From positions 1 to 38,710 of the forward strand of contig JACRKZ010000171.1 of assembly GCA_016235455.1 (NCBI GenBank): a stretch of 38,710 bases of DNA, read 5' to 3'. The notes under the pieces are model-generated. The model had not been told where the DNA came from. It made no database searches and worked only from the letters and a program-made list of their open reading frames with translations. Position 1 is the stretch's first letter, and every line of letters begins with the position of its first letter. Both the position numbers and the translations under genes were made by a program. This DNA is from Armatimonadota bacterium (GTDB lineage: Bacteria; Armatimonadota; UBA10988). Shown here piece by piece: positions 26,701 to 35,500 of this stretch.

Positions 26701-28122
26701 TTTGGCGGGGTCGACGGTCACCCTGACGCGGCCGTCCCACGGATAACGGGTGACCTGCCGCAGCGTGATGGCGGCGCCGCCGATGGTCAGGCTCGCGCGG
26801 CTGCCGGCATACAGGTTGACGCTGACGCTGTCGCCCTGTTGGGCATAGAGGTAGCCCGGCAACGCGCCCATGATCTTGGCGAACATCGGCGGGCAGCAGG
26901 GGCAGCCATGCCAGCTCCAACGCTTGCGCTGCGGGCCGGCGGCCAGCGGGTTCTCGTAGAAGTAGGTGTTGCCGGCCAGCGACACGCCGCTGAGCACACC
27001 GTTGTACAGCACGCGCTCGAGTTCGTCGGCGTAGCGCCCGTCGCCCGTGGCCAGGCTCAGGTTGTGGTGGAAGAAGCCGGCGCCGATGGCGGCGCAGGTC
27101 TCCAGGTAGCCGTCGTTGGGCAGCACATAGTCCGGCCCGAAGCCCTCATACTGCGGCACCGAGCCCAGCCCGCCGATGACATACATGCGCCTCTCGACCA
27201 TGTTGGCCCACAGGCGCTTGGCGGCGGCCAGGTAGTCGTCGCGGCCAGCTGCCTCGGCGGCGGCCACCAGCCCGGTGCACAGCAGCGTGGCGCGCACGGC
27301 GTGGCCCTCGATGGTGGTCTGTTGGAGCACCGGCAGATGGTCCTGGCCATACGAGCCGAAGTCGCGCCGGCCCTCGTGGTGGCCATGCTGGTCGATGAAG
27401 AACTCGGCCAGCGCCAGATAGCGCGCCGCATCGAGCGGCACGGGCATCTGCTGGGCCAGCGCCGGCTGCTCCGCGAACAGCAGATACAGCTTGACCAGCG
27501 CCTCCTCGCCGAGCGAGTGGCCGGGGATGACGTTCAGGCGCGGCGCCGGGCCCATCAGGTCGGCCATGTGGTTGGCCAGCTTGACGGCCACGCCCAGCAG
27601 CCGCGTCTTGCCCGTGGCGCGGTAGTAGTGCACGCCGGCCTCGATCATCGCGCCGGCGTTGTACAGCTCGTGCTGCCAGTTGTCGTTGCCGCCGTTCAGG
27701 CCCCAGCGGTGGGTGGGTTCCTTGAGCTGCGTGTAGGTATTCACATAGCCGTCGGGATCTTTGGCCGCCGCCGCCGCAATGCGCTCGATGTAGCCATCCA
27801 GTCGCGCCTCCAGCGCCGGGTCGCGGCGCGCGGCGAGGAAGTCGGCGCTGCCGCGGATCATCTCGTAGATGAGCCCGTCATACCACGGCGGCCCGCCATG
27901 CTCGCCGGTGACTCCATCGCGGATCTTGTCGAAGTTGGTCAGCGCACCGTCGCGCTCGAACTTGTCGAAGCAGTCAACAAGCGTGACCGAGCGCCAGACG
28001 GCAAGCTTGGGTGCCCAGAACTCATCGTCGATGACCACCTGGCCAACAGGCACCGGTACCATGGGCGGCGGAACTGCCATGGCGGCCAGAGCGGTGAGGT
28101 GCAGAGCAGCGGCGAACATCAT
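23773..28122 (-). CDS. Secreted GH127 beta-L-arabinofuranosidase-like / GH51 alpha-L-arabinofuranosidase-like fusion with inserted DUF1080-like domain, 1449 aa
   Basis: GH127 motifs HELYNAG, EGHAVRA, YLETCAAIG, YFYENPL and CPCCPP. GH51-like motifs IEDVNHEIYGGIYSQM, LRYGGS, LQLGNEE and VFEYN. An intervening beta-sandwich reads NAGLIVR..GYEVAL..GTLGLRVW. The start was moved to ATG 28122 because the upstream part of the track ORF is antisense to the deacetylase. Confidence 0.88.
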   Translation of the reverse strand: MMFAAALHLTALAAMAVPPPMVPVPVGQVVIDDEFWAPKLAVWRSVTLVDCFDKFERDGALTNFDKIRDGVTGEHGGPPWYDGLIYEMIRGSADFLAARRDPALEARLDGYIERIAAAAAKDPDGYVNTYTQLKEPTHRWGLNGGNDNWQHELYNAGAMIEAGVHYYRATGKTRLLGVAVKLANHMADLMGPAPRLNVIPGHSLGEEALVKLYLLFAEQPALAQQMPVPLDAARYLALAEFFIDQHGHHEGRRDFGSYGQDHLPVLQQTTIEGHAVRATLLCTGLVAAAEAAGRDDYLAAAKRLWANMVERRMYVIGGLGSVPQYEGFGPDYVLPNDGYLETCAAIGAGFFHHNLSLATGDGRYADELERVLYNGVLSGVSLAGNTYFYENPLAAGPQRKRWSWHGCPCCPPMFAKIMGALPGYLYAQQGDSVSVNLYAGSRASLTIGGAAITLRQVTRYPWDGRVRVTVDPAKATEFALRLRLPAWCAAPKLTLNGRAQAIIRDRGYAVLRRVWQPGDELTLDLPMPVERVKANPLIEANIGRVALRRGPLVYCVEALDTGGHVRDLLLPTEAPLRAVHDKALLGGVTVIRGTARSVRASAWPGELYQGAQAPDWPPVEFTAIPYYANANREPAEMAVWLADNPLKAEPAPAPVSVAVHPREVLHPVSRLLTGACIEDVNHEIYGGIYSQMVFGESFQEPPVPAAVAGFRTLGGQWQAGGDSLKITGDDGPKLIAERPAFGDGAVGVQVRFEQREGDNAGLIVRVSDAGVGADTFNGYEVALDPQRQMLRLGRHRHAFALLRDEPCEVAVGRWISLEARLTGSVIEILVDGRSVLKYDDGAEALTTGTLGLRVWKKTAEFRGLWVKTGAQPEPLTIEKTPPAPAISGMWRPVRTGQAQGEYALVGEKPFVGAQSQQIRFVSGTGTVGVENQGLNRWGLGLVAGKPYEGLVWARCEQAATLHVALQSRDGAKTYATTTLSVAPGEWRRLPFALTPHAADSAGRLALTLAEPGSVTLGHVFLQPGEWGRFRGLPVRRDVAEKLIEQGVTVLRYGGSMVNNDGYRWRKMIGPRDQRPPYKGLWYPYSSNGWGIVDFMNLCEAAGLEYVPAFNMGETPEDMAAFIDYAKAPADSEWGRRRAADGHPAPYRLRYLQLGNEERVDEAYAARFEALAKAIWARDPAIILVVGDFVYNERIADPFRFGGAASGITSLAGQQRILRLAKEHGREVWFDLHIWTERPQKPESSFDAMVSFINALDKIAEGAKHRVVVFEYNANRHDQNRALGNALATNRLERDGRLPIITSANCLQPDGQNDNGWDQGLLFLNPTSTWLQPPGYVTQMLSRAWQPNVVRCDVSGAPNLFDVTVKASADGRHLVLQVVNAEDQPVTANFDLVDFRPTSRTAKMTQLSGAREATNTAAEPTAIVPRESTWDMAQRGLVFPPRSFTVLRIE

Positions 28123-28268
28123 GGAGTCTCTCTCGGCGCGTGCAGTTCGCGCGGCCGCAGATGCCTCCTGCTGGTAACGATGCACGCGATCTGAGCTGGG
28201 CTCCGCCGCGGCCCGCGTCGGGCCGCATCCCCAGCCGCCACCGGTGCCTTGCGGCCGCCCAGCCCGAA

Positions 28269-28277
28269 TGCTATGCT
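28269..28277 (+). promoter_or_regulatory. Extended -10 element TGcTATGCT
   Basis: Ends 37 nt upstream of ATG 28315 in the divergent intergenic region. Confidence 0.4.
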
Positions 28278-28314
28278 CACCGCTAGCGGGCGGCCGCCCG
28301 CGCTGGAGGACCTG

Positions 28315-29145
28315 ATGAACCGTCGCGTCGCGCTGGCCACCACCGGGCTCGGGTTGCTGGGCCTGCACCGGCTGCTGGCCGAGGGGGACGCCGGTGCAGG
28401 TCCGGTGGTCGTGCTCAAGCTCGACGACGTCACCGTGCGTTCCGCCAAGGGGTCGGTGAATGCGCGCTGGCAGAAGGTCTGCGAGTATCTCGAGCAGGAG
28501 GACCTGCGTGCCGGCTGCGGCATCATCTGTAACTCGCTCGAGTACGACAACCCCGACTACGTGGCCTGGATCAAGGGCATCGCCGAGCGCGGCAAGATCG
28601 AGTTCTGGTTCCACGGCTGGGACCATGCCGTGCACGAAGTGGACGGCGAGAAGTTCAACGAGTTCAGCCACCGCACCTACGAGGACCAGAAAGAGCGCTT
28701 CGAGAAATCGATCCGCCTCGCCCGCGAGAAGCTGGGCATCACGCTCACCTGCTTCGGCCCTGGCGGCGGCGTGGGTACGCCGTCCTACGATGCGGTCACC
28801 GCGCGGGTCATGGGCGAGGTGCCCGAGATGACCGCCTGGCTGTACCCCATGCCCATCGAGAAGATCGGCGCCGAACTGGCCAAGGGCGGCCGGGTGACCA
28901 TCCTCGACCGCGTCTGGGCGGCCAACATCGAGAAGAGCGTCGGGGTGCCCGATCTGGCCAAGCTCGAGGCCGGCCTGGCTGCCAACCCCAAGCGCCCGTA
29001 CTTCGTGCTGCAGGGCCATCCCGCCATGTGGGATGACGCCCGCTTCGACGAGTTCAAGCGGATCTGCGATTTCCTGCGCGCCAAGAAGTGCCGATTCGAG
29101 CAGCCCACGGCCTGCGCCAAGTGGGTTGCGGCCGGGGCCAGGTAA
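28315..29145 (+). CDS. TAT-exported polysaccharide deacetylase (CE4/NodB-fold, DUF2334-like), 276 aa
   Basis: Signal MNRRVALATTGLGLL; motifs VLKLDD, FHGWDH and LQGH; GGAGG RBS. Confidence 0.78.
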   Translation: MNRRVALATTGLGLLGLHRLLAEGDAGAGPVVVLKLDDVTVRSAKGSVNARWQKVCEYLEQEDLRAGCGIICNSLEYDNPDYVAWIKGIAERGKIEFWFHGWDHAVHEVDGEKFNEFSHRTYEDQKERFEKSIRLAREKLGITLTCFGPGGGVGTPSYDAVTARVMGEVPEMTAWLYPMPIEKIGAELAKGGRVTILDRVWAANIEKSVGVPDLAKLEAGLAANPKRPYFVLQGHPAMWDDARFDEFKRICDFLRAKKCRFEQPTACAKWVAAGAR

Positions 29146-29170
29146 GCCCGGCCAACCAGGGAGGGCGCCC

Positions 29171-32100
29171 ATGCCACGAGGACGAGGCGGCTGTCGGGCC
29201 CTGTGGCTGCTGCTGTGCGCCGTCTGTGGCGCGACCGCCGCCGATCAGGCGCTGATCGAAGCCGACTGGCAGCGCCAGGCCGAGGCACTGGATGTCTGGC
29301 GGCGGGGCGACCTGCATCTGGGGCCGGTGACCACCGCCGACGACGCGGCCGGCGCGGTCGATGGCGTGCGCGACGGCAAGTACGCCTTCCACTGTGGGCT
29401 GGAGCCCAACCCCTGGTGGCAGGTGGACCTGGGCCAGAGCCGCGCCTTGCGCCGCGTCGTCGTCTACAACCGGCTGGACTACGCCCCTGGGCTGCACAAC
29501 GCCGACACGCTGCGCCTGCTGACCTCCGACGATGGTCGGGCGTGGACGCTCTGCCACGACCAGGCTGGTCAGCATTTCGGCGGCATCAGTGGCGCGCCGC
29601 CGCTGTCGGTGACCTTCGCGCCCGGCAGCGTGAGCGCGCGCTACGTGCGGCTGACCATTCCCAGCCCGACGCCCATCTACTTCCACCTAGACGAGGTGGA
29701 GGTCTACGGCGAGGCCGACCCCGCGACCAACCTGGCGCTCGGCCAACCGGCCGACCAGAGCAGCCTCAGCCAGTGGTCGGTGGTCAAGCCCAAGCCCCGC
29801 CGCGCCGGCGAGCCGTTCGTCTATGCCACGGCCGAGGTGCTGGCGCGCGGGCTCAAGCTGGCCGCCGATCTCGGCGCGACGGCCGACGCGCAGGCCCTGC
29901 GCGCGCTCTCGACCGCCGGCGACCGCGAGTCCTATCTGGCCGCGCGCCGCGCCGTGCGCCGGCTGGCCTTCGCCAACCCGCGGCTGCCCCGTCGGTTGCT
30001 GTTCTGCAAGCGCTTTACCCAGCAGACCTATCCCGACATCTGCCTCAACCACATGCCGTGGGTGTCACGCCCCGGCGGCGACCTGTGCGTACTGGAGGAT
30101 GCCTTCGGCGAGCGGCCGACGGTGCGCCCGCTGCTCAACGGGCGGCTCGGCCCGGGCCATGTGCATGGGCTCGACCTGTCGTACGACGGCCGGCGCATCG
30201 TCTTTGGCTATGCGCGGAGCAAGACCGCCGACCCGCCGCTGCTGCCGTGGCCGCCGGCGCCGGGCACCTGCCGCGCCAACGTCCATCTGGGCTTGCGCGC
30301 GCGCGTCGAGCCGACGCACATCTACGAGATCGGCGCCGACGGCAGCGGTCTGCGGCAGATCACCAACCATCCGTACTGGAGCGACCTCGACCCCACCTGG
30401 CTGCCCAACGGTGAGATCGCCTTCGTCTCCGAGCGCTGCGGCACCAGCCTGCAATGCAACCATGACCCGAGCCTCGACGAGACCTCCTGCAACCTGTACG
30501 TGATGGGCGCGGATGGGGGCCGGCTGCGCCGGCTGAGCGCCAACAAGGACGGCGACTACCTGCCGCACACGCTGGACGACGGCACCATTGGCTACACGCG
30601 CTGGGAGTACCAGGAGCGCAACCTGACCCAGATCCAGTCGCTGTGGTACGTGCGACCCGACGGCACCGGCGCCGACGCACTGTTCAAGCAGCACCTGGAC
30701 AACCCCTGGGCGCTGGAGGACGTGCGCTCGCTGCCCGGCGCGCCGGGCCGCTTCGTGGCCATCGCCGCTGGCCATCACACCCTGGCTGCGGGACCCATCG
30801 TCACCATTGAACCCGGACTGGGGCTCAATGAGCCCCGGTCCCTGGGCATCGTCACGCCCGGCTGCACACCGCCCGAAGGTGGCATGTCGGGCCAACCGGT
30901 GCCCGAGGGCGGCGTGCTCGACGATGGCGGGCACTACATGACTCCGTGGCCGCTGTCCGACCGGCAGTTCCTCGCCGCCTACAGCTACCAGAAGACCTGG
31001 CCGGCAGGCGCGCCCGAGCACTACCGCGGCAACGACGAGACGGGCTATGCGCTGTATCTCGTTGATGTGTACGGCAACAAGGAGCTGATCTACCGCGATC
31101 CGGCCATCTCCTGCTCGGCGCCGATACCACTGGCGCCACGACCGCGTCCGCCCGTGCTGGCCGACAGCACCGACCCGACCGACGCCTGGGCCACCTGCAC
31201 GCTGACCAGCGCCGCGTTCGGCAGCGACGGCATCGAGGCTGGCCGCGCGCGCTATCTGCGCATCTCGCGCGGGGTGGAGTGGCCCTATGACCAGCGCTTT
31301 GGCGGTCTGCGCTACGAGAGCGTGGCGCTGTCCGCGGGACTGGGCTGGACGCCGGTGCAGGTGCTCGGCACGGTGCCCATCGAGGCCGACGGCAGCGCGC
31401 ACTTCAGGGTGCCCGCGGATATGCCCGTCTACTTCCAGTTGCTCGACGCCGACAAGATGGAACTGCGGCGGATGCGGTCGTTCATCAGCTTCCAGCCCGG
31501 CGAGAAGCGCGGTTGCTTCGGCTGCCACGAGACCCGAGCCAAGGCGCCGGCGCAGGCGGCCGGGCTGCTGGCGCTGCGCCGCGAGCCGTCGCTGCCGACA
31601 CCGCCGCCGTGGGGCACGCGCGCGGTCAACTTCCTGCGCGATGTGCAGCCCGTGCTCGACCGACAGTGCACGAAATGCCACGTGGGTCTCAAGCCGGCGG
31701 CCGGTCTCGACCTGGGAGGCGGGCTGGTCGGCGGCCTGCGGTTCAAGACTCGCTATGGCGGCGAACTCGGGTTGGATGGCACCAACACTGCCTACCGCAG
31801 CCTGATCACCGGCGACCAGGTGGCCTACTCCAACAAATGGGACCCGGCCTCGGCGGTGACCCCGCCACTGGCCTTCGGCTCACATCGCAGCCGGCTGGTC
31901 GCCGCGCTGCGTGACGGCCCGTGCGCCAAGCGCGCGTCATTGAGCGCCGACGACTGGCTGCGGCTGGTCACCTGGATCGACGCCAACGCGCCATACCACA
32001 GCCATTTCATCAACACGCGGCCCACCAGGCCCGCCTACGACCTGGCGGTCGACCGCGACCTGGCCGCCGCGCTGGGCACCGTGCACCAGCGGCGCTGCAC

Positions 32101-32401
32101 GCCCTGCCACCAGCCAGCCGACGTGACGCGGCTCGACTGGATCGATCTGCGTGAGCCGCGCGCCAGCCTCTTCCTGCGCGCCGCGCTGTCCGGCGCGGGC
32201 GGTGACCATCGCTGCGCCAGGCCGCCCTACGCGGATGACCAGGACGCCGACTATCAGGCGGTAGCGGCGTTGGTCAGCGCGGCCGTGGCCCGCGCCTGGG
32301 CGGCGCCACGCCGCGACCTGCTGGGCCTGCTGCCCGAGGACACCAGCCCCGAAGGCAGGGCCGTCGCCGGCCACCTGGCGGGTCTGCCGCCGACGCGGTA
32401 G
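29171..32401 (+). CDS. Discoidin (F5/8 type C) plus hydrazine-synthase-alpha-like (HzsA-related) beta-propeller/cytochrome c protein, 1076 aa
   Basis: Signal peptide; AVDG..PWWQVDLG..ARYVRL (discoidin); PD40-like DLDPTWLPNGEIAFVSER and YTRWEY; HZS-alpha middle-type LGTVPIEADGSAHFRVPA..YFQLLD..MRS. Heme motifs CFGCH, CTKCH and CTPCH. Confidence 0.82.
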   Translation: MPRGRGGCRALWLLLCAVCGATAADQALIEADWQRQAEALDVWRRGDLHLGPVTTADDAAGAVDGVRDGKYAFHCGLEPNPWWQVDLGQSRALRRVVVYNRLDYAPGLHNADTLRLLTSDDGRAWTLCHDQAGQHFGGISGAPPLSVTFAPGSVSARYVRLTIPSPTPIYFHLDEVEVYGEADPATNLALGQPADQSSLSQWSVVKPKPRRAGEPFVYATAEVLARGLKLAADLGATADAQALRALSTAGDRESYLAARRAVRRLAFANPRLPRRLLFCKRFTQQTYPDICLNHMPWVSRPGGDLCVLEDAFGERPTVRPLLNGRLGPGHVHGLDLSYDGRRIVFGYARSKTADPPLLPWPPAPGTCRANVHLGLRARVEPTHIYEIGADGSGLRQITNHPYWSDLDPTWLPNGEIAFVSERCGTSLQCNHDPSLDETSCNLYVMGADGGRLRRLSANKDGDYLPHTLDDGTIGYTRWEYQERNLTQIQSLWYVRPDGTGADALFKQHLDNPWALEDVRSLPGAPGRFVAIAAGHHTLAAGPIVTIEPGLGLNEPRSLGIVTPGCTPPEGGMSGQPVPEGGVLDDGGHYMTPWPLSDRQFLAAYSYQKTWPAGAPEHYRGNDETGYALYLVDVYGNKELIYRDPAISCSAPIPLAPRPRPPVLADSTDPTDAWATCTLTSAAFGSDGIEAGRARYLRISRGVEWPYDQRFGGLRYESVALSAGLGWTPVQVLGTVPIEADGSAHFRVPADMPVYFQLLDADKMELRRMRSFISFQPGEKRGCFGCHETRAKAPAQAAGLLALRREPSLPTPPPWGTRAVNFLRDVQPVLDRQCTKCHVGLKPAAGLDLGGGLVGGLRFKTRYGGELGLDGTNTAYRSLITGDQVAYSNKWDPASAVTPPLAFGSHRSRLVAALRDGPCAKRASLSADDWLRLVTWIDANAPYHSHFINTRPTRPAYDLAVDRDLAAALGTVHQRRCTPCHQPADVTRLDWIDLREPRASLFLRAALSGAGGDHRCARPPYADDQDADYQAVAALVSAAVARAWAAPRRDLLGLLPEDTSPEGRAVAGHLAGLPPTR

Positions 32402-32517
32402 CGCCGGCTCGCAGGCCGACGAGACGCACTCCGCTCGCCGCGGCGATTGGTGTTGGCCCCGCGGGAGGTAGTGACCGCGCGGTGGCCAAACCGCCGGCAT
32501 TGCGAAGGAGACTCGCT

Positions 32518-35500
32518 GTGCGTCGTACGCCGCTGCTGCTCGCCCTGCTCGCCGCCGTGGCGGCCGTAGCTCAGCCGTTGGGCTCGCCCTTGCCCACGCT
32601 CTACCTGCCGCTCGACGACAGCCCCACGCCGGCCCTGGCCGCGGCCAACGGCGGCCAGCCGACGCTCGGGCCGCTGACCTTCGCCCCCAGCCCGCGCGGC
32701 GGCGCCGTGCGGCTGAACGCCGATCTGCGACTGCCCAGCGCCGGGCTGTGGAATCCGCGGCAGGGCACGTTCGCCGCCTGGGTCTGCCCGCGCGAGGCCG
32801 GCAGTGTGGCCACCGGGCGCTACATCGTCAGCCTGTATGGACCCGATCAGGGACCCGAAAGCTGGCGTCACAATCGCTTCTCGCTGTACCTGTCCGGGGG
32901 CAGCCTGCAGTGGCTCGTGTGGGACGCCGACGGCAAGACCGTCTCGGCGCAGGCCTCCGTGACCAACTGGGCGGCCGGCTCCTGGCACCATGTGGCCGCC
33001 ACCTGGTCGGCCGAGGGGCTGGGCCTGTACATCGACGGCAAGCCTGCCGCGCGCGGGCCGGCGCCGGGTGCGCTGACCGGAGTCGGCAGTCTGCTGGGCA
33101 TCGGGCGCGATAGCGACGGCTCGCCGGACTACCTCGACGGCTTGCTGGACGAGGTCTTCGTCTACGACCTGGTGCTGTCGCCCGCGGTCATCGCCGCGGC
33201 CGCCACGGCCGATCCTGTGACCGCCATGAACGTCACCACACCCGAGGGTGGCCCGCGTGCCGGCTGGTGGCATACCGGCTGGCCCTTCCGCGTGCCGCTG
33301 ACGCTGCCCGCCGCGCGGCTGGACCGCGGCCCGCTGGCCGTGGAAGTGGCCACGGGGTTCACCGCCGCCGCGGCGCGCCTGACCGGGCGGCCCGCGACGC
33401 TCGACCCGTCGAGTTGCCGCGTGGTGCCGGCCGAAGGTGGTGAGGCCGTGACCGCCGCCGTCAGCGACGGCCGCGCGGGCTGGCGCCTGGCCAGCCCCAC
33501 GCCCGCCGGCCGCGAGCGCCGCTTCTGGCTGTACTTCCGGCTACGCGAGTACGACCTGTCCGTACCTTTGCAGGCCAGGCGACCGACGCTGGTCGCGCCG
33601 ACGCGCGCCGCGCCGTTGCCGGACTTCGCCACCGACACCACCGGCGCGCCGTGGGATCTGAGCAAGATCGAGCATTTCGGCGACAAGCCCGAGTTCTGTC
33701 AGCATGAGATGGTCGACGGCGTGCTACGGCTCCGGGTCAAGCAGGACCCGTACTTCATCTGGGGCACCATGTGGGGTGCCGAACCCGCTGGCGCGAAGCC
33801 GCTGGATATCGACCTGGACCGCTACCACGTGTTGGAGATGCGGCTGCGCCAGAGCGTGCCGCAGGCCGAATGGACCACCTTCAGCCGCATTCCCGGCGGC
33901 GACACGCTGCGCACGTTCAGCTTCCCGGTGAGCGGTACCGACTGGCAGACCGTGCGTATCGACCTGGCTCGCGAGGCGCGCTGGCGCGGCCACGCCAGCG
34001 CCTTCCGCATCGACCCGACCAACAGCGTTGAGGCCACGGTCGAGATCGCCTCGGTCCGGCTGCTGGCCGTGGAAGCCGCGGACGCGGGCGCCGTGGAGTG
34101 CCTCGGCTGGCCGTCGGGCGTGGCTGCCAAGCTTGCGGTCGATCTGCCGGCGCGCGCCGTGGTCGGCTCGCGGCGCGACTTCGTGGTCAGCGTCACCGAC
34201 GCCCAAGGCCAGCCCGTGATCGGCCAGCCGGTCACCGTCCGGCTCGATGGCGGCGGCCGGCTCGAGGCCGCGGCCAAGGGCAGCAGCGACGGCCCGACCG
34301 CCGGTCTGCGCCGCGGCTTGACCGACGCGCGCGGCCAGGTGCATCTGGCCTACGAGGCCAGCCAGCGCGCCGGGGCCGCGGCCGACAAGCTGGCGGTTAC
34401 CGCCGACTACACCAGCCTGGCCACGCCGCTGACCGTGGCCGCCGAGCCTGGTCCGGCCGCCAGGCTGACGGTCACGCCGGCGCGGGCGACGATGCTCGCG
34501 CCGGGCGTCAAGACCCTGGCCGTGCGCGCGCAGGTGGCTGACTCGTTCGGCAACCCGTTGGCCATGGCCGGCCGCGCCGTGAAGCTCAGCACCTCGGCCG
34601 GCGCGACACTGTCCACCCCGTCCGCCGTCACCGGCGCCGACGGCAGCATCAGCGCGACGCTGACTCTCGACCCGGCGCGCTGCTGGGTGGCCTGGGTGGA
34701 CGCCGTCGCCGAGGGCCTGGCCGGCCGCTCGGCCGGCGTCTGCTACACCGCCGACCAGCGCGACTGGGGCGTCACCATGGGCGCCAACGGGTACTTCCGG
34801 ACGCCAAACGGCCGGGGCTGGCTGCCCTTGGGTGGGTTCTACGCCAACTGGGTCAGCGATGTGCCGGCCACCGGCGAGCCCGGACAGCGGCTGTTCAGCT
34901 TCGTCGACACGAACGACGCGCAGAAGACCGCCTGGCTCAAATATCTCGCCGACCAGGGCGTGACGGCCATGCGCTTCATGCTCCGCGCCCATCGGCCCGG
35001 CGGCATGGAGCCGATGGACATCGGCGGCCGGGTGAATCCCGAACTGTATGCCGAGGCACTGCACTACATGGACTTGGCGCGGCCGTTCGGCATCCGCTTC
35101 CTGCTGGTGCTGCACGAGGATTACGACAAGCCGATGTACGTCAATGCGGGCTACCGCGAGCGCTACTGCCTGCCCCGCTGGCAGGGCGAGGATCTGTCGA
35201 AGCTGCCGGCCTTCCAGCGGAGGTTCGTGGCCGAAGGGCGGCTGGTCGATACCGCGCGAGAGCGCTACACCGACGCCGACGCGATCGCCTGCCAGGACCA
35301 GTACACCACCGAGTTGGTGAAGCTGCTGGCGGGCAACCCGCAGGTCTTCTGCTACGAGCTGGAGAACGAGCAGGTCGATGTACCGCCGGCCTGGGTCAAC
35401 CACCAGTGCGACGTGATCCGCGCGGCCGACCCGCGCACGCCGATCTGCATGAGCCACGGCGGCGGCGGTCTGCGCACGGCCGACCCGCTCTACTGGCGAC

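Noticed and set aside
25069-28194. 1041-aa plus-strand ORF
   Set aside because: Antisense shadow of the GH127-GH51 gene.
28123-29172. 350-aa N-terminal extension of the GH127-GH51 ORF
   Set aside because: It overlaps the deacetylase gene on the opposite strand, and a signal-peptide-like start exists at 28122.
29171-32401. Evidence of anammox metabolism
   Set aside because: Only an HzsA-related architecture is present, without beta/gamma subunits, and such proteins are common in non-anammox bacteria.
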